Virus record (IMG/VR): IMGVR_UViG_3300031519_004379
Location: 1-53,472 of that record
DNA length: 53,472 bases
Origin: a virus
Lineage: Duplodnaviria; Caudoviricetes
Strand: one strand, 5' to 3'
Both the position numbers and the translations under genes were made by a program. Every line of letters starts with the position of its first letter. Within the stretch, counting starts at the first letter, position 1. This document shows positions 16,930 to 26,733 of this stretch, one piece after another. The notes under the pieces were generated by a model. That model worked only from the letters and a program-made list of their open reading frames with translations, ran no database searches and was not told the origin of the DNA.

Positions 16930-18981
16930 ATGACATACGATATTATAATTATGACCGAAGGCAGCGATCCCGTTTTTAATGTAGCAAGGGCTGTGGGTGG
17001 TTATAAAATTGCGTCGTTTTTACGAAACCAAGGTTATTCTGTTTTTGTATTAAATAACTTTACCCATTTTATGCAGAAGGGTAACATAAAGGAAATTCTT
17101 GATAAACTCATCGGTGACAACACACTATGGGTTGGGTTTAGCTCTTCTCTATTCATGAGAAAAAGTAAGGATGTTTATAATAAACGCCATACTCGTGATA
17201 GTGCAAGACAAAACATTCTTTGGCGCTGGCCTATCAGCGATGAAGAAGTCAAGGATATGACTGATTATATTAGGAACAAAGGTGTAAAAACTGTTTATGG
17301 GGGTATGATGACCTACTATCGCGCATCTGAAGTGCGTGAAAGTATAGATTACTTTGTTGTTGGTATGGGAGAACACCCTGCACTTCACATCACAGAACAC
17401 TTAAAAAATAACACACCTTTAAATTATAATAAAGAATATGGTGACTACCCATACGTTATCGATTACGATCAGAAAGGTGCGTTGTTTGACTTTAGGAATG
17501 AACGCGTAAACTACGTGCCAGAAGACTTCTGGAATGCTGAGGATGGCATGGGCATTGAGTTTGGTCGGGGCTGTATCTTTAAATGCAAATTCTGTGCCTA
17601 CCCTCTTATTGGCAAGAAGAAAGGTGACAACACGTTTCTTAGAGATAAAGAATGCATCAAGGCTGAACTACAACAGAACTATGATCTATACGGCACAACA
17701 AAATACGTTATCATTGATGACACCTTCAATGAACAGACTGTAAAACTTAGGGCTATCGCAGAAGCTATTGAGGAACTTGCTTTACCAGAGAAATTACAGT
17801 TTTCTTCTTTCATACGCATTGACCTTGTTGCTGCATTTCCAGAACAACTAGATTTGCTCAAAAGAATTAACGTGTGTGCTTGGTTCTTGGGGGTCGAGTC
17901 TTTGAATTATGATTCTGCTAGGTCCATTGGCAAAGGTTGCCCCAAAGAAAAAGTTTTCGATACAATAGAAAAGGCTAAGGAATACTTTGGTGGTTCTTTA
18001 AGCATATATGGTAGTTTCATAGCTGGATTGCCTCACGACAACAGAGAAACAATGGATGTATGGACTAAAGAACTTTTCGAACGGAAAGACTTGTTTGATG
18101 CATATTCGTTTAGTCCTTTAGAACTTGGCACGGCCTCTGAGCTTTCAAAGCGAAAAGAATACTTTGGATATACTATCGATGTACAGTCCAATATGGAAAA
18201 CAAATGGTCTAACCAATACTGGACAAGTGATGAAGTGGTTGAGTACGTGAAAGACTTACAAGAAGGTTATTTTGATGATATTAAAGTATCCACATTCTTC
18301 TTGATATTTTACCAGTGTCTTGGGTTTGAGTTTGAAGAGCTAAGAAAGATGACGTTCACTGAGTTGTTTACTAACCCGAAGATAAAAAGAAGAGCGCGTC
18401 AATATTTACACAAGAGTTACTACTCTAAGGTTGAAAAATTTCTTGGGGTTTTAAAAAGCGAACCCAACGTGAAGTACATGACTAATTTAGCAGTCAAGAA
18501 AGAATTGAAAGATGCTTTGATAGCAGAGTTTCATGAGAATGAGCATCGATCTAAAGCATTCACTGCTTCTAGTGAAACGGAAACAAAAACACTTGAGATG
18601 TTGCAAGTTGTACGAAGAGACGATATGGAAGACTGTGATATTGCTAATGAATTGGCATGGCAAGTTGCATCAGTTATTGGGTGTGAAGTATTCCCCCGAT
18701 ACTACAAGCAAGAAGCAGGTAGCCATCTAGCCGCCCATCGTGACCATGGCACAGCAACTGCTATAAATATAATCTTGAACGGTTCTGGGCCAATTACGTG
18801 GGATGAAGATATCGACGTATACTATGAATGTGCTCTATTAAACGTTCAGGAAATGCACAGCGTGTATTCGGATGATGATAGGATATTCCTTAAATTAGCA
18901 ATATTCGATAAGAGTTACGATGAAGTATTAAAAGCGATTGAAGGCAAAGAAGGAAAGGTTTTTGACATTGACTTATTATGA
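16930..18981 (+). CDS. B12-binding-type radical SAM protein with C-terminal 2OG-Fe(II)/cupin-like domain
   Basis: GRGCIFKCKFC, IIDDTFN, LGVESL, FIAGLP; C-terminal AHRDH...MHSV...RIFLK. Confidence 0.85.
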   Translation: MTYDIIIMTEGSDPVFNVARAVGGYKIASFLRNQGYSVFVLNNFTHFMQKGNIKEILDKLIGDNTLWVGFSSSLFMRKSKDVYNKRHTRDSARQNILWRWPISDEEVKDMTDYIRNKGVKTVYGGMMTYYRASEVRESIDYFVVGMGEHPALHITEHLKNNTPLNYNKEYGDYPYVIDYDQKGALFDFRNERVNYVPEDFWNAEDGMGIEFGRGCIFKCKFCAYPLIGKKKGDNTFLRDKECIKAELQQNYDLYGTTKYVIIDDTFNEQTVKLRAIAEAIEELALPEKLQFSSFIRIDLVAAFPEQLDLLKRINVCAWFLGVESLNYDSARSIGKGCPKEKVFDTIEKAKEYFGGSLSIYGSFIAGLPHDNRETMDVWTKELFERKDLFDAYSFSPLELGTASELSKRKEYFGYTIDVQSNMENKWSNQYWTSDEVVEYVKDLQEGYFDDIKVSTFFLIFYQCLGFEFEELRKMTFTELFTNPKIKRRARQYLHKSYYSKVEKFLGVLKSEPNVKYMTNLAVKKELKDALIAEFHENEHRSKAFTASSETETKTLEMLQVVRRDDMEDCDIANELAWQVASVIGCEVFPRYYKQEAGSHLAAHRDHGTATAINIILNGSGPITWDEDIDVYYECALLNVQEMHSVYSDDDRIFLKLAIFDKSYDEVLKAIEGKEGKVFDIDLL

Positions 18982-19540
18982 TACAGTAGACTTACCTCAG
19001 ACCGAAGGTCTATTAGAAGAAATAGACAAATTAAATTTAGAGTGGTTCCAACCTTCCAATCCAAATAGCGCTCAACAGATATGTCTAAATGCCGCACCGG
19101 GGTATACAGATGATTATAGCTTTGGTGCTGGATACTTCGCAGATAAAGGCAATTCAGACTTCTTCATTAGGCTCACACCACAAGGAGATGAGCGTATACC
19201 AATGTCGCCCAAGTCTGTGTATGATTGGGAATTGTGTGATGTGTTTAGAGGAACCTCACTTGGTTACATGTATATGGCAATAGAGACAAAATACAATGTT
19301 GGTAGAGTAAGGCTTTTGAAATCAAAACCATACACTTGTATGAACTGGCACATAGACCCGATCCCAAGATTGCACTATCCAATACAAACAGACGAAGCTT
19401 GTTTAATGATTATTGACAAAGAATTGCATCATTTGCCATTAAATACATGGACATTTGCGCATACAGATAAAGGAAACCACACTGCTTTGAACGCAAGCCA
19501 AATAGACCGCATACATTTAGTGGCTGATATATTACCATGA
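18938..19540 (+). CDS. 2OG-Fe(II) oxygenase, aspartyl beta-hydroxylase-like
   Basis: GRVRLL, WHID, RLHYPIQT, HTALNAS..DRIHLV. Confidence 0.75.
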   Translation: MKAKKERFLTLTYYDTVDLPQTEGLLEEIDKLNLEWFQPSNPNSAQQICLNAAPGYTDDYSFGAGYFADKGNSDFFIRLTPQGDERIPMSPKSVYDWELCDVFRGTSLGYMYMAIETKYNVGRVRLLKSKPYTCMNWHIDPIPRLHYPIQTDEACLMIIDKELHHLPLNTWTFAHTDKGNHTALNASQIDRIHLVADILP

Positions 19541-19725
19541 CAGAATTATTTGTTGTTCAATATGTGCTTGTAACTATACTTGCGATTATTGTAACTGAAA
19601 ATTTTGTACCGACAACGCAACCTTGGAATTGGAAAACGGCGCATAAAATAGAAAGATATATGGCTTGTTGTATTCCAATTTACAGAGAAGTGATTATGAT
19701 AATCATATTATGGAACAAGAAATGA
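19537..19725 (+). CDS. Small membrane protein
   Basis: ATGA overlaps at both ends; hydrophobic segments. Confidence 0.5.
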   Translation: MTELFVVQYVLVTILAIIVTENFVPTTQPWNWKTAHKIERYMACCIPIYREVIMIIILWNKK

Positions 19726-20336
19726 AATTTAGAAAAACAAATACATATTCTTTATTTGAACAGTGTGTACCTGATTACAGTTGGCAAAGTGTATTAGACT
19801 TTGGTGGTAATAGGGGGAACTTGTTAGATGGTGATATTAATGCTAAAAAGTATACGTGCCTTGATATTAGTAAAGAAGGATTAGACGCTCTGCCTGATGG
19901 TGTTAAGCGTATTCATTGGAACAGACACCACTCTTACTACAACTCTAATGGCAATCTGCACGAACCGTTTCCAAAAATACCGTGGCACGATATAGTATTT
20001 GCGAATAGTGTGTTTACACATCATACATTAGATGAGGCTCTTTATTGCATACACCACCTATCAAAATACACAAATAGGATTGTATTCACTTACATAGACC
20101 CAACTAATGATACTTTCTTGGAGAAGTTTCGAGAAAAGTATTACGATCTGAGATTTGAAGGTGGAAATGTTTCATATACACAAGATGAGAAGGGTATTCT
20201 TTGGAGTGCGTTTGATACTGAACATTTAAAAAGCTACTTAGATTTTCATCACATAAATACAGGAACCACAGATTGGTTTAACTACATGGACATTGAAGTA
20301 CGTCCACCTACAGCTTTTGGGGCTTTTGGATATTGA
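19722..20336 (+). CDS. Class I SAM-dependent methyltransferase
   Basis: VLDFGGNRGNL, YTCLDIS, DIVFANSVFTH. Confidence 0.8.
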   Translation: MKFRKTNTYSLFEQCVPDYSWQSVLDFGGNRGNLLDGDINAKKYTCLDISKEGLDALPDGVKRIHWNRHHSYYNSNGNLHEPFPKIPWHDIVFANSVFTHHTLDEALYCIHHLSKYTNRIVFTYIDPTNDTFLEKFREKYYDLRFEGGNVSYTQDEKGILWSAFDTEHLKSYLDFHHINTGTTDWFNYMDIEVRPPTAFGAFGY

Positions 20337-20980
20337 ACTTAATAATTCCAAGTAAAGTAATACTTATGCTTAGTGGAGGTTTAGACTCGGCAATACTTTT
20401 ATATTGTATTTGCAAGTATTATCCTAAAACTACAGTAATAACTGCGACAGGACGAAACATTTATTCGCCTTTTGACGCAGAAAAAGCAAAAGATATTTTA
20501 ATTTTTTTGCATAATACTTTTCCAAATAATAATATAATTAAGAGTTACGAATATGATCTTGATATAAAAAATAAAGTATGGTTGGAAAAGGCTAGGGATT
20601 TTAAAAACACTCGATTTGATACTGTTGAGAGTTTTTCTCAACATCTCCAGCAAGTTGATAAATTAGGTAGTATTAAATATGAAACGAATGTATACGATTT
20701 TATTAATGGAACAACCGCCAATCCTCCAATCAATATTCATGGACACCAAACAGCAAGATCAGGAAATGACTTGCCAGAAATACTCAACACTGGTAAAGAT
20801 ACAAAAATGTATATGCCTTGGGCTAATAAAGATAAAAAATACATAGCAAAAATCTATGAAGATGAAAATTTATTAGATAGTCTTTTTAAATTAACACGAT
20901 CTTGTGTAGATGCGAATCTGTTACAATGTAATGAATGTTTTTGGTGTTTAGAACGGGCGTGGGGATTTTTGGATAAATAA
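20333..20980 (+). CDS. QueC-like PP-loop ATPase
   Basis: LSGGLDS, LTRSC, CNECFWCLER.W. Confidence 0.75.
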   Translation: MNLIIPSKVILMLSGGLDSAILLYCICKYYPKTTVITATGRNIYSPFDAEKAKDILIFLHNTFPNNNIIKSYEYDLDIKNKVWLEKARDFKNTRFDTVESFSQHLQQVDKLGSIKYETNVYDFINGTTANPPINIHGHQTARSGNDLPEILNTGKDTKMYMPWANKDKKYIAKIYEDENLLDSLFKLTRSCVDANLLQCNECFWCLERAWGFLDK

Positions 20981-21008
20981 ACGAGTAACATCATATCAGG
21001 AGAACAAT

Positions 21009-21290
21009 ATGAAATTTGGCAACTTAGGCCGATATGGCTATTTAATTAATACTGAACACCTCGAAGAAGTTCGTTCTGGATATTTCCAACACATGTGGTT
21101 TGCTATAAAACTAAGTACCTTTGGCTTAGTCAATGCAATTACTGGATACACTCATGCGTTTATTCCGTTTTTGTTTCCCAACACTCCACACAGAATTACC
21201 TTAAGACAGGTTGAGTTAGCAGAAGAACTCATTGCTGAACTCAGGGGTGTAATCGAACGAGAAGATGCTGAAAAGGTTTCAAAAAAGTAA
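21009..21290 (+). CDS. Hypothetical protein
   Basis: AGGAG RBS; HLEEV..GYFQHM.FA...HAFIPFLF motif. Confidence 0.65.
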   Translation: MKFGNLGRYGYLINTEHLEEVRSGYFQHMWFAIKLSTFGLVNAITGYTHAFIPFLFPNTPHRITLRQVELAEELIAELRGVIEREDAEKVSKK

Positions 21291-22988
21291 ACCAAAGTTT
21301 TTAGAAATCATGTGAACCATTACGGTATTGTGTTCTGCAATTGCGGCTATTAGTTCGTACTTGCTCTTCTTGTGCATCATACTACCTTCCGTAAAGGCTT
21401 CAAGAGACTCGCTCATGTGTTTGAGATGCCATGTCTCTGATAGCCTATCGACTGGCACACCATTCATTTTGACTTTGAACGACATAATTGTTTCGTTATC
21501 ATAGCCAAACGAATCTTGGATTTGTGATGGGTATATCGAGTTTTCCTTTAGGTCTGTCATAACATCCAACACATCATGTATGTCAGAAAAGTACCCAAGT
21601 TTTTCCATCACTTTTCTACTCGCCATCATAATGCCAGTGTTGAACACATAGTTATCTGGTTCCATATCTTCCTCTGCCAACATCGCATGAGTATTCCAGT
21701 ATTTCGCCTCTGGTGATCTAAAGTCTTTGTCGTAATTCTTGAGGTATCTAGTGTCCCATAATTTTACGCCTGAGTCTTCAGCATTAGATGCGTCACAACA
21801 CAAGCAATGCTCAGCCTTTAGGTAGTTGAAGGCGTCAGTGTCACACGTAAAGTAAACGTCATAATCTACATACATCACCAAATCATAGTGATGAGTAAGC
21901 TTGTCTAGTAGGTGTACCTTGTATAGGTTAACCACATCATATTCTGATAGTTGTGGGAACTTGGCAAAAAACTTTTCATATTCTGCGTCTCTCGTAAAAT
22001 GCAGATAATTTGCACCAATAGATTTAGCGTAATCAGCGTGGTTTTGATACAGCCTGTCACTGTAATTAGCCAACCGTTCTTGGGTTCGCTTACTCTTATT
22101 GACAGGATCGTCTTTTGGGCCACGAGGGTTGTCTAGTCTTTCATCTGGTATCTCAATATATATTGAGAAAATTGCTTTCGTTTTATCGTTGAAGAAAACG
22201 TTAAACTTCTTGCCGATAATATGAGCTATCTCAATATTATCCCAATCCAATGGGGTTGGCTTCTCGCTGATGATACTATGCCATCTTTGGTCCATCACAA
22301 CGTATGGGATGCTTTCAGTCTCAAGTATATAAGAAAAGATAGACTCGTTGTTTGGATAGTAATACATTCTTAGGAATTTGAACTGGTCGTTGTCTATACC
22401 GTGTACGCGCAATGAATTGATCTTATCAATGATGTTCGGCAGTCTCTCAATAAACTTTATTTGTTTAATATGCTCTGCTTTAGCCACCATGATACCAGTG
22501 TTCATGACATGACAATCTTTGCCACCCAGCAAATCTTTGGTGATGTGATACTTCAATGTGGGGCTACGATTGCCAATACTTTCAAACATAACACCTTCTA
22601 TGTCGGTACTGGTAACCTTATCGGTTTGTGTTTGGATGTGGATGCCTTGCTCTAAATCTAGTTCATCAAACACATTCTTTTCAGTGTTGAATACCACATC
22701 CATATCAACATACATAACTTCATCATAATCTTCTGCCAACTCTGCCATGAGGTGGTGCTTATATAAATTAACTTTTGTGAATTCTAATCCAGCATCAACA
22801 TCAAAATTGCCCATAGTATTATAAAACAAAATAAACTTTACACCAATTAAACTATTGGCGTATTCTTCTTTGTTGGCAAGCAACCTATCAAAATATTCAT
22901 TGACCTGTTCAGTGGCGTAATGGTTCATACTCCATTTGTCATTTTCTTTTTCAATGTCATCGTATGTTGTAAAAATTACTCGCTTCAT
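21279..22988 (-). CDS. Tandem-duplicated GT-A glycosyltransferase-like protein
   Basis: Two copies of VNLYK..L...YD.VMYVDxDV and (M/F)NTGIM...NE. Confidence 0.75.
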   Translation of the reverse strand: MKRVIFTTYDDIEKENDKWSMNHYATEQVNEYFDRLLANKEEYANSLIGVKFILFYNTMGNFDVDAGLEFTKVNLYKHHLMAELAEDYDEVMYVDMDVVFNTEKNVFDELDLEQGIHIQTQTDKVTSTDIEGVMFESIGNRSPTLKYHITKDLLGGKDCHVMNTGIMVAKAEHIKQIKFIERLPNIIDKINSLRVHGIDNDQFKFLRMYYYPNNESIFSYILETESIPYVVMDQRWHSIISEKPTPLDWDNIEIAHIIGKKFNVFFNDKTKAIFSIYIEIPDERLDNPRGPKDDPVNKSKRTQERLANYSDRLYQNHADYAKSIGANYLHFTRDAEYEKFFAKFPQLSEYDVVNLYKVHLLDKLTHHYDLVMYVDYDVYFTCDTDAFNYLKAEHCLCCDASNAEDSGVKLWDTRYLKNYDKDFRSPEAKYWNTHAMLAEEDMEPDNYVFNTGIMMASRKVMEKLGYFSDIHDVLDVMTDLKENSIYPSQIQDSFGYDNETIMSFKVKMNGVPVDRLSETWHLKHMSESLEAFTEGSMMHKKSKYELIAAIAEHNTVMVHMISKNFGLLF

Positions 22989-23650
22989 AGACCAATCACC
23001 ATATATCTGTCACATTCCTCATTGACTTTCTTTTCACCTTTCCACAAAACCACAGCCAAGTCCAACGACTCAACAAACTCATCTAAGCTATTGTGTGTAT
23101 TGATATGGCTCTGAATAGAGTGGTAATTATTACTTTGAAAACAAATCATAGTCTCGCGAGTCTTCGCGCCAAGCATCAACCGTATGTCATCTGGTTCCAT
23201 ATGCTCACAACTTGTATTGATAATAAGTTGGTACGCATCAGCCCTTGTGAAGAAGTAGTCTAAGGCATCGTCAGTGATAGCATAATTGTTTTTATAGTCG
23301 TCATTACCAGCTTGTAGTGCGTATGAATACTGCAAACATAGTGGGTCTGTGTCAACGCTCCAAATATTGATATCATTATCTATCTTTTGGCGAAGTAACA
23401 TTCCATTCATGCCGTACCATCCACCAAGGATAACTATGTCTCTTAGAGGATTGTACTCAAATTGCTCATCAGTGAGAAAAGGAACTAGGGTATCAACAAG
23501 CCACTGCTTGCTATTTAATTGCGTTTCGTTGACAGAGTTCATAATGTCGTAGCTTCTATACAAATCTACGTCTTTATTGTATTGCGATTCTCTGTAAATA
23601 TCTTCACATGCGTTTAATGCATTTTTATAGATTGTTTCTAGGTAGCTCAT
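22985..23650 (-). CDS. SAM-dependent methyltransferase-like protein
   Basis: SKQWL, ILGGWYG, INTSCEHM, QSNNY, RYMVIG. Confidence 0.7.
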   Translation of the reverse strand: MSYLETIYKNALNACEDIYRESQYNKDVDLYRSYDIMNSVNETQLNSKQWLVDTLVPFLTDEQFEYNPLRDIVILGGWYGMNGMLLRQKIDNDINIWSVDTDPLCLQYSYALQAGNDDYKNNYAITDDALDYFFTRADAYQLIINTSCEHMEPDDIRLMLGAKTRETMICFQSNNYHSIQSHINTHNSLDEFVESLDLAVVLWKGEKKVNEECDRYMVIGL

Positions 23651-24233
23651 ATTTCATTCCATTATACATATCAATTGGCGCTTCCATAAAATCGTTAGCA
23701 ACGCTGTTCACAAGACCATGATCGAAAGTGTTAAACTCCAACCCTTCATGGACTAAAAATCTATCTATACCTTTATACTTACGCATAAAGTAATCTTTGT
23801 TGGACATGAAGTGATCCCATATGTGGGTTTGTTCACCAGCAGTCCATGTGATTATCGAACTATTTATATGAACATCATAAGCATGTGGAGCCATGTATAG
23901 ATCGTCTTTCCAATAGTCTTTAAGGATAGTCAACCCATTCCATGTTAGAAGGGAGCTTGGGTCAGACTTAATATCCATATCAAGATCGAAAAACAGGCAC
24001 TTGCCTTTTACAGGGAAGTCAGCACTAAACATAGCAAGCTTGTTCCACCAAAATCTAAGTGTCGGCTTCGAAAAGCATGGGATAGTTTCAATCTCAACAC
24101 CGATAGGGTCTTCGGTATAACAAAAATACTCAGCCATAGGAAAATATTCCTTAAGCTGATCTCTTAATCTATTTACATGTTCGGGGCTATACTTATCACC
24201 GTGCTTTACAAATATGATATTATCTGGCTTCAT
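23625..24233 (-). CDS. Glycosyltransferase (GT-A)
   Basis: KHGDKYS..HVN.L, WWNKL, LFFDLD, NSSI, GID. Confidence 0.75.
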   Translation of the reverse strand: MKPDNIIFVKHGDKYSPEHVNRLRDQLKEYFPMAEYFCYTEDPIGVEIETIPCFSKPTLRFWWNKLAMFSADFPVKGKCLFFDLDMDIKSDPSSLLTWNGLTILKDYWKDDLYMAPHAYDVHINSSIITWTAGEQTHIWDHFMSNKDYFMRKYKGIDRFLVHEGLEFNTFDHGLVNSVANDFMEAPIDMYNGMKYELPRNNL

Positions 24234-25290
24234 TAATATTACCTCCAAACTCGTCATAAAACTTAATTGGTGTTCCATCAACAGAATCTAAGCACCAATT
24301 TTCTATTTGGATAATTAAGTGTTCTGCAACTGTATAATTTCTATAACCAGTAACAGTTTTTAATTCATCATTTAAATATTGAATAATCAATTGAATTTCT
24401 TTTGTCGGCATATGTTTAATAGTAACGTGCGACGGATACAAAATAGTGTTGTACCAAAGGTTGCATTCGTGTTTTTCGGTAAATCGCACAAACTCTATCA
24501 TCTCATCCCAGTTCATATTCATAGGATTAACCATAATAGATAATGATCGTTTGTTAATATGACAGTAATTTTTAAATATTTTAAAATATTTCATCAGCGT
24601 TTTAAAAGAACCGTTTACTCTAATCTTTTCGTAGCGCTTTTCAATTAAACTATCAATGCTAATATTTAAATGTATATTACATTTATCCAAAATACCTTGC
24701 ACACGTTTATTATAAACCGTACCATTGGTGGCGATGTTTACTCTTAACTGTGGATTTATTTCCGCGACTATATCTAATAGATTTAATAAAATCTTTTGTG
24801 CAAAAGGCTCTCCGCCATTTACTCTAAGTTCAGTAAGGTGAGGAATAAACTCTCGCATTTGATCTAGGAATGTATCATCAAAAATTTGTGGCAATGGTGG
24901 AAGGTTATCTCTGTTTTTACGAATACCACTGCTAAGATTGCCATTACACATAATACATTCAAGATTACATTGATTGCTTAATTCTATTTCCATCATAGAT
25001 GGCATATCGTTTACAGGAAACTTTTGATATGCTTTTGCTAAAGGCCATACATTATTATCAATATCTTTTTCACATTCTTTGCATCTATTTAGAAATTGGT
25101 TTTGTTTTAAAGCATCTCTGTATTTTTGAAAGTGTTCACCACGCCATATATCCATAAGCGATCTGTCTTTACTCCATTTGTCGCAGAGACCGGGGAGCTT
25201 CCAACAAGGAGAAACATTTCCTTGAAGTGTGATATACATATTGTTGAATGGCGCGTTGCAAGCCGTGCCTTTGCCGTATTTTTTTACCAT
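24220..25290 (-). CDS. Radical SAM protein with N-terminal SPASM/twitch domain
   Basis: CNAPF..PC; SNQCNLECIMC; GGEPF; TNGT; SIDS. Confidence 0.85.
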   Translation of the reverse strand: MVKKYGKGTACNAPFNNMYITLQGNVSPCWKLPGLCDKWSKDRSLMDIWRGEHFQKYRDALKQNQFLNRCKECEKDIDNNVWPLAKAYQKFPVNDMPSMMEIELSNQCNLECIMCNGNLSSGIRKNRDNLPPLPQIFDDTFLDQMREFIPHLTELRVNGGEPFAQKILLNLLDIVAEINPQLRVNIATNGTVYNKRVQGILDKCNIHLNISIDSLIEKRYEKIRVNGSFKTLMKYFKIFKNYCHINKRSLSIMVNPMNMNWDEMIEFVRFTEKHECNLWYNTILYPSHVTIKHMPTKEIQLIIQYLNDELKTVTGYRNYTVAEHLIIQIENWCLDSVDGTPIKFYDEFGGNINEAR

Positions 25291-26384
25291 AATAAAATTT
25301 CAGCCCAATCTTCAAATATTTCTTTAAAAGATTCTTTTCTTATTTTATCTAAAGATTTTGTTTTTTGATGAAACTCTAAGAGTCTATGATCTTCTTTAGT
25401 GTCCATGAATCTTATCACTTGTTTATATTCATCCCCTAATTTAATTTTAACTTCATTTTTAACATCGTTAGGCAAAAACTGAATATTTAAATATTTTGGT
25501 TCATGCAAAAACCCATTTGCCACAATAATGTCGTTTTGATTAGCCCAGCTATCTAAATCTTCTAAATGGTAAATATTAAAGTTGTTGATGGTTCTATATA
25601 ACTGAATTTTAAATTCGGGGTAATTACTTTTCATAGATAAGATATTAGTTTTAATTTTATTCCAATCAGAGTTGCCTCTTTGATATTCTAATCTATCACC
25701 AGTGTCGTCTATGCTTAGCGCAATATCTGTTTTTTTAAAACTAAGCATTTTGTCCATTAAAGAAGGATTGTAAAACATCCCATTAGTAGTAATTTTTAAA
25801 TATATGTTCTTGCAATATTCTGTACAGGAAATCAGTTCTATTAATTTTTTATTTTCAGAACTAAAAAATGGCTCACCACCAGTTAATTCTAAATATGATA
25901 TATTAGGCAGAATCTTTTCAAAGAAAACTTTTTCGTTATCTGTTTCTATAATTTTATTAGTTATATGATATGGGTCGAGGTTTCCTTGCTCCTTGGCTAT
26001 AGAGCTTGAAGCTTGGGGGCCGCACATTCTACATTTAAGATTGCACACATTAGATAATTTTAAATCTATTAACTGTGGAAGTGGTGTTTCTAAATCATAA
26101 TCTAAATCCCATATATCACTATATTTTTGCCGAAAACTTTTTACACCAACCGCTTCTTCTTTCCAACACCAGTTGCATTCTGAAGGCTCTTCTCCATCTA
26201 AAAAAGCTTGACGCAAAGCTTTGATTTCTTTTCCATTATACAATTCGTCAAGTGTACCATCTTTCATCCAAGGCATCTTGTATTTAATTTGTCGGTCAGG
26301 TTGTTCATATCTACAGCATGGTCTGATAGACCCATTAACATCTGTAGATATTCCAATCCATGGAGCGATACATAATCTACTCAT
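25284..26384 (-). CDS. Radical SAM protein with N-terminal twitch domain
   Basis: CIAPW..RPCC, CNWCW; SNVCNLKCRMC; GGEPF; LSIDD. Confidence 0.85.
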   Translation of the reverse strand: MSRLCIAPWIGISTDVNGSIRPCCRYEQPDRQIKYKMPWMKDGTLDELYNGKEIKALRQAFLDGEEPSECNWCWKEEAVGVKSFRQKYSDIWDLDYDLETPLPQLIDLKLSNVCNLKCRMCGPQASSSIAKEQGNLDPYHITNKIIETDNEKVFFEKILPNISYLELTGGEPFFSSENKKLIELISCTEYCKNIYLKITTNGMFYNPSLMDKMLSFKKTDIALSIDDTGDRLEYQRGNSDWNKIKTNILSMKSNYPEFKIQLYRTINNFNIYHLEDLDSWANQNDIIVANGFLHEPKYLNIQFLPNDVKNEVKIKLGDEYKQVIRFMDTKEDHRLLEFHQKTKSLDKIRKESFKEIFEDWAEILLW

Positions 26385-26733
26385 CGTTGAGCTTTTTAGA
26401 ACACATTAACATGCACAATCTATGAGGCTCGTCTGTGTCCCAAGATTCTGGCAAAGTTTTAGTGTACCATTCATGATTTAAAACTTCCATAATAGAGTTA
26501 TTTTCTAAATTTAATTCTTTTTGGTGTTTGTAATAAGATTGCATAACTGGGTGTGTTATATCATCAACCCCTTTTTTTAATATTGCGGGGTCGTTGTACT
26601 TATCAGTAACTTTAAACTTATATCCTTGATTGCCAAGATAACAACACGGATATACTTGCTTATCTGGGTTGATAAGTATTTTATTCATGTTCGCCCATCT
26701 ACATTCTATGTTGTTTTTATTTTGCATCTGCAT
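26377..26733 (-). CDS. Stand-alone SPASM-like Cys domain
   Basis: IECRW, VYPCCYL, CMLMC. Confidence 0.65.
   Translation of the reverse strand: MQMQNKNNIECRWANMNKILINPDKQVYPCCYLGNQGYKFKVTDKYNDPAILKKGVDDITHPVMQSYYKHQKELNLENNSIMEVLNHEWYTKTLPESWDTDEPHRLCMLMCSKKLNDE

Noticed and set aside
20333-20980. QueC as evidence of 7-deazaguanine DNA modification
   Set aside because: No folE, queD, queE or dpdA in the window; divergent QueC-like proteins in such islands may have other substrates
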